Part shown: in pieces, positions 60,401 through 64,000 of the stretch
Layout of the letters: each line of letters starts with the position of its first letter
Numbering within the stretch: position 1 is the first letter of the stretch
Made by a program: the position numbers and the translations under genes
Assembly: GCA_964016885.1 (NCBI GenBank)
Contig: OZ024747.1
Span: 50,778,001 to 50,842,000, forward strand
Source of the DNA: Eledone cirrhosa
Taxonomy: Eukaryota
DNA length: 64,000 bases
Reading direction: 5' to 3'
The notes under the pieces: model-generated
Databases searched by the model: none
Told to the model about the DNA's origin: nothing
What the model saw: only the letters and a program-made list of their open reading frames with translations

Positions 60401-61230
60401 CCCATGTCTAGTGATCAATACCCACACGAGCATTAAAATCACCGAAAAGTAATAATTTATCGTCAGCAGGTGTGCATGCAATGACAGCACGAAGAGACTC
60501 ATAGAAAGAATCAAGGGCCACCTCATTGGCCTGTAGGGTTGGTCCATAGACAGATAAAAGTGTTACATAACGGCCATGTCTCAGAGGAATACGAAGTTTC
60601 ATAATGCAATCAGTTACACCAGTAGGGCATTACATACGATCAAGCAGGGATGATCTAATGCTGAAGCCAACACCGCCCTCTCTCCGCTATGGGTTTACCT
60701 ACCCCCAAACAGAGAGCAGCCTGAGGATACATCTGTTAATTGATCTTCTTCCCCAAACGTGTTTGGGATAAAGCTGCTATGTCTATGTTCAATCTTCTGA
60801 GTTCTTTTGTCACAAGTGCATTTCTACGTTCCGGACGTCCAAGGGAATTTCTGTTCAGGAGTGTCCTAATGTTCCAACAACAAATGTTGAGTTTGACTCG
60901 ATCTGTCGCGTATTTTTTTGCATTTTGCTTTATTTTTATTCCTGCTCGAGTGAGGCAAAGTAAGCTCAGGCCGCCTGTGCGTAGACTTGTGACTATAAGT
61001 TTCCAACTGGTCAGGTCTGTACATGTTACCATTCGTCTATCACCGCAGTATTCCAGAAAAACGAAGAAAGATGTAATAGACATCTGTGCAACAGTATATT
61101 ATAGTGGTAAAACTTGTACAACACGAGTACCACTCTCCGAGTATCCGCAACTAGAGTCCAGTGACATTCAGAAGCAAGATGACTGGGAGTTGCTTCAACC
61201 GCTGGTTTTAAGGAGTTTCTTTCTCGCTTA
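57490..61230 (-). mobile_element. Near-full-length, decayed RTE-clade LINE (APE + RT + C2H2)
   Basis: CCWNIRTLL..DIAALSQTR, LLFGDFNARVG, GTDHKLV, KAPGSDG, NYRGITLL, GVKQGD, HADDAD, LLYSAETW, CHLCHKPCRSTAGLRSHLRSH; many frameshifts and stops. Confidence 0.93.
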
Positions 61231-61246
61231 ATGACACCTATACATA

Positions 61247-61296
<50 letters not shown>

Positions 61297-61469
61297 ACAT
61301 ATACCCACACACCCACGCACGCACACACACACACACTCACACACACGCACACACATTCACACACATTCACACACAAACACTCATGCATGCAAACAATCAC
61401 ATACACACCACTCACTTACACACACTAACACACACGCATATATATATATTACTGTCATTAATACTATGC

Positions 61470-61850
61470 ATGTTGCGCACCGGCGTTTCCCTGAGGCTCG
61501 GCCTCTGGATCTGCGATCCACACCAATGTCGTTGCGGATCCACCGTGGACTCTTTCAGCCTCCACCCGCTTTCCTTTTGCCACAGTGCCGGCCGCCTCCC
61601 ACGTCATGCTGCCATCAACGACGACGTCATAAAGCATGGCTTGGAAGCTGCGGGCTTCCCTTCCCAGCTCGAGCCGGTGGGGCTGGATCGAGGGGACGGC
61701 AAAAGACCAGGTGGCATGACCATCTTCCCGTTCCGCGGTGGCAAACCCCTCGTCTGGGATGCTACATGCACCGACACTTTCTGCAGCCGCAACCTGGTGG
61801 AGTCTGTAACTAACCCAGGTTCTGCTGCACGTCGGGCTGAAAATAGATTG
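61470..61850 (+). mobile_element. C-terminal fragment of a CRE-like RLE non-LTR element
   Basis: LRLGL..CRCG..H..RHAAIND..EPVGLDRGDGKRPGGMTIFPFRGGKPLVWDATCTDT. Confidence 0.85.
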
Positions 61851-62271
61851 GGGATTGTCACGTGTGAGTGTAAATGTGGTGGTGGGTAAGGTGTGGACGT
61901 AATTGTGGTGGTGGGAAGCCGAGAAATGTATCTATTTCTTCTATCCGTTTTCTTTTCTTTTCAAAATTTGAAATTTAGCCATGTTTGATTAAAATGCATT
62001 AATGTGTAAATAAAATGTAAACAAAGATTGCATTGGGAAAATAAATAAACATATTTACGCAACTTTCCCAATTTTTGTCAGGTTATTTGTAGAATCTATT
62101 TAGGCAAAAAAATTGTCGAAAATTGATGTTTGGGAATACAAAATTAAACAAAACTTACCCCCCGAATTAGTTAGACATTGTGAGTTGTAAAAAGTAGATC
62201 GGACAACACACACATACATACATACATTCATACATACATACATACATACATACATACATACATACATACAT

Positions 62272-62302
<31 letters not shown>

Positions 62303-62304
62303 TA

Positions 62305-62366
<62 letters not shown>

Positions 62367-62490
62367 GAGTTACAATGTGCTTACAAACCAAAATTAAATA
62401 TTCAAGCCATTTAATCACAGACTTGTTTCTTCCCATACAAATAGACCACCAACCTCAAATTATTTTATTTAATATTTTGCTCTTATTTAC

Positions 62491-63270
62491 CACTAGCAGT
62501 GGTACCCAGCGTTGCACGGGATAATGTATTTTGGAACGCGGGCCGCCAACAGACCTAATCGTGGAAAAACTGCATGCCTGGGCAATATGTAAAGAAAATA
62601 AACCGAATACTCTGATGGCTGGATAATCTTTAAGGTTTTCCTCGATGAAGTAGGAAAAATGCAGGTTTTTCCCTATGGGGTCATAAAATAATTTTTTTTA
62701 TGTGCATAATAGGCCTTGAAATTTCGGGACAAATCGGCTAGACGTAATGCCTCCAAAAAGCCCTAAAAAGCTGAAAAAATGAAGTTTTTCACCTAATGCG
62801 GACCCTAGGCCATAAAAAAGTTGGATTTTCTTTGCTCACGGTATGAAGAAGAGACTGACTAATACATAGTTACAATTTCAAGGAAATCGGTCTGACTTAA
62901 CGCCTCAAAAACCCATAAAAAGCTTTAAAAACGCAGTTTTTCCCCTAATGCGGGCCCTAGGAGATCAAAAAGTTGAATTTTTCATGTCCCTAACACTCCC
63001 TGAAACAAGTAATACACATGTAACGTTTGAAAAAGATCGGTTGGGTACTTCTCGAGTTTTAGGGATTCAAATTCACAGACACACACATACACACAGACAG
63101 ACATCCTCAGGGAACTGACGTAATGCAGTCAGTCAGGCATACAGATATTATAAGGGCGCGACGTTATATGTATGTATCTATCTAAAAAGAGAAAGACTAA
63201 GAATTATAGAGAGAGATCGCTAAATCGCCTAATGCGGTCCCTAGGGCAAAAAAATTGAAGAAAAAATTGA
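62491..63270 (+). mobile_element. Non-autonomous Helitron/HINE-like element with ~150-bp internal tandem repeats
   Basis: Starts actagcag..tacccagcgttgcacggg; repeated aaatcgg..gcctc..aaaaagct..ctaatgcgg.ccctagg; ACAG/AC microsatellite near 63075-63100. Confidence 0.55.
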
Positions 63271-63479
63271 ACAAATCAAACGTAGGTTATGGAACTGCGC
63301 AATCTGATTAATAAATTACCTCATCAGCAGCAACCTTCTTCAAATGGTCCTTATTATCAGCAGCAACAACCACAAATTCAATGGCAACCTTCTTCAAACC
63401 ACAAATTCAATGGCAACCTTCTTCGCATGGTGTCAAGTCAGAACCGCCTCGAACTGGTTACTTCTGGCTTGTGCAAGGT

Positions 63480-63493
63480 GTCTCTATAGCAAC
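63480..63493. promoter_or_regulatory. RFX X-box match GTCTCTATAGCAAC
   Basis: Fits the GTHNYYATRRNAAC consensus; a minus-strand donor gag|gtaatt lies at ~63320. Confidence 0.45.
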
Positions 63494-64000
63494 CAACGAT
63501 TCCCTCGGCCTCAGTGACCAAAGTCAGTGGAGGGGGGAAGGTAATGTTCTATAGCACGTGTTTTAGCGTCTATTCACTCTCTCTCTCTCTTCCTCTCTCC
63601 CTCCCGCTATCCCCCTCTCGTAGTCTGTCTCTTTCTTTCACTCTCACTCTCTCTCTACGCACGTGTTTCCACTGTCGGACAGACAGACAGAGAAATTGCT
63701 GGTTATATATATAAGTAGATAAACTATAGAAGTCATCAGAGTTTAATTAGAATCCAAAACGTAAATGAATAATATTTACTCTCATTAATATTAATATTAT
63801 TGGGTGCAGCCCCATTATCACCGCGCCCTAGGCCCAGAATCTTCATTCTTCTACGACACTAGAGCCCTTGCCTTTCACTTCCTTTTCCGTTCTTTTTTAA
63901 AATGTTTTCTTATTTCACATCCATTCTTTCTTCTCAATGAAAATATCTATATGTGAGATGGTGAATTGGTTAGAGTGGTTAAAACGTCGGAGTAAATAAC

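Overview
AT-rich, microsatellite-saturated animal genomic DNA, most likely a coleoid cephalopod (Octopus-like, inferred from SINE content and (TA)n/(CA)n density). Nearly all ORFs in the track are translations of simple repeats. Contents: a ~9.7-kb 15-bp satellite with a 1620-bp higher-order duplication; three decayed Penelope-like (RT + GIY-YIG, Naiad-type motifs) fragments; R4/Dong-like, CRE-like and RTE non-LTR relics; about 20 tRNA-derived SINE copies; a Helitron/HINE-like element; and a few candidate exons of an unidentified minus-strand host gene with an RFX X-box upstream. The most striking unexplained structure is a swarm of type I hammerhead ribozyme (HHR) motifs: about 7 near-complete and about 8 half or degenerate, read by eye. 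Most sit in short units flanked by (TA)n, and many units are fold-back palindromes whose pivot lies in or next to the ribozyme's stem I or stem II. A perfect 404-bp palindrome and a fold-back SINE show the same architecture. All structures were read manually; no database searches were run.
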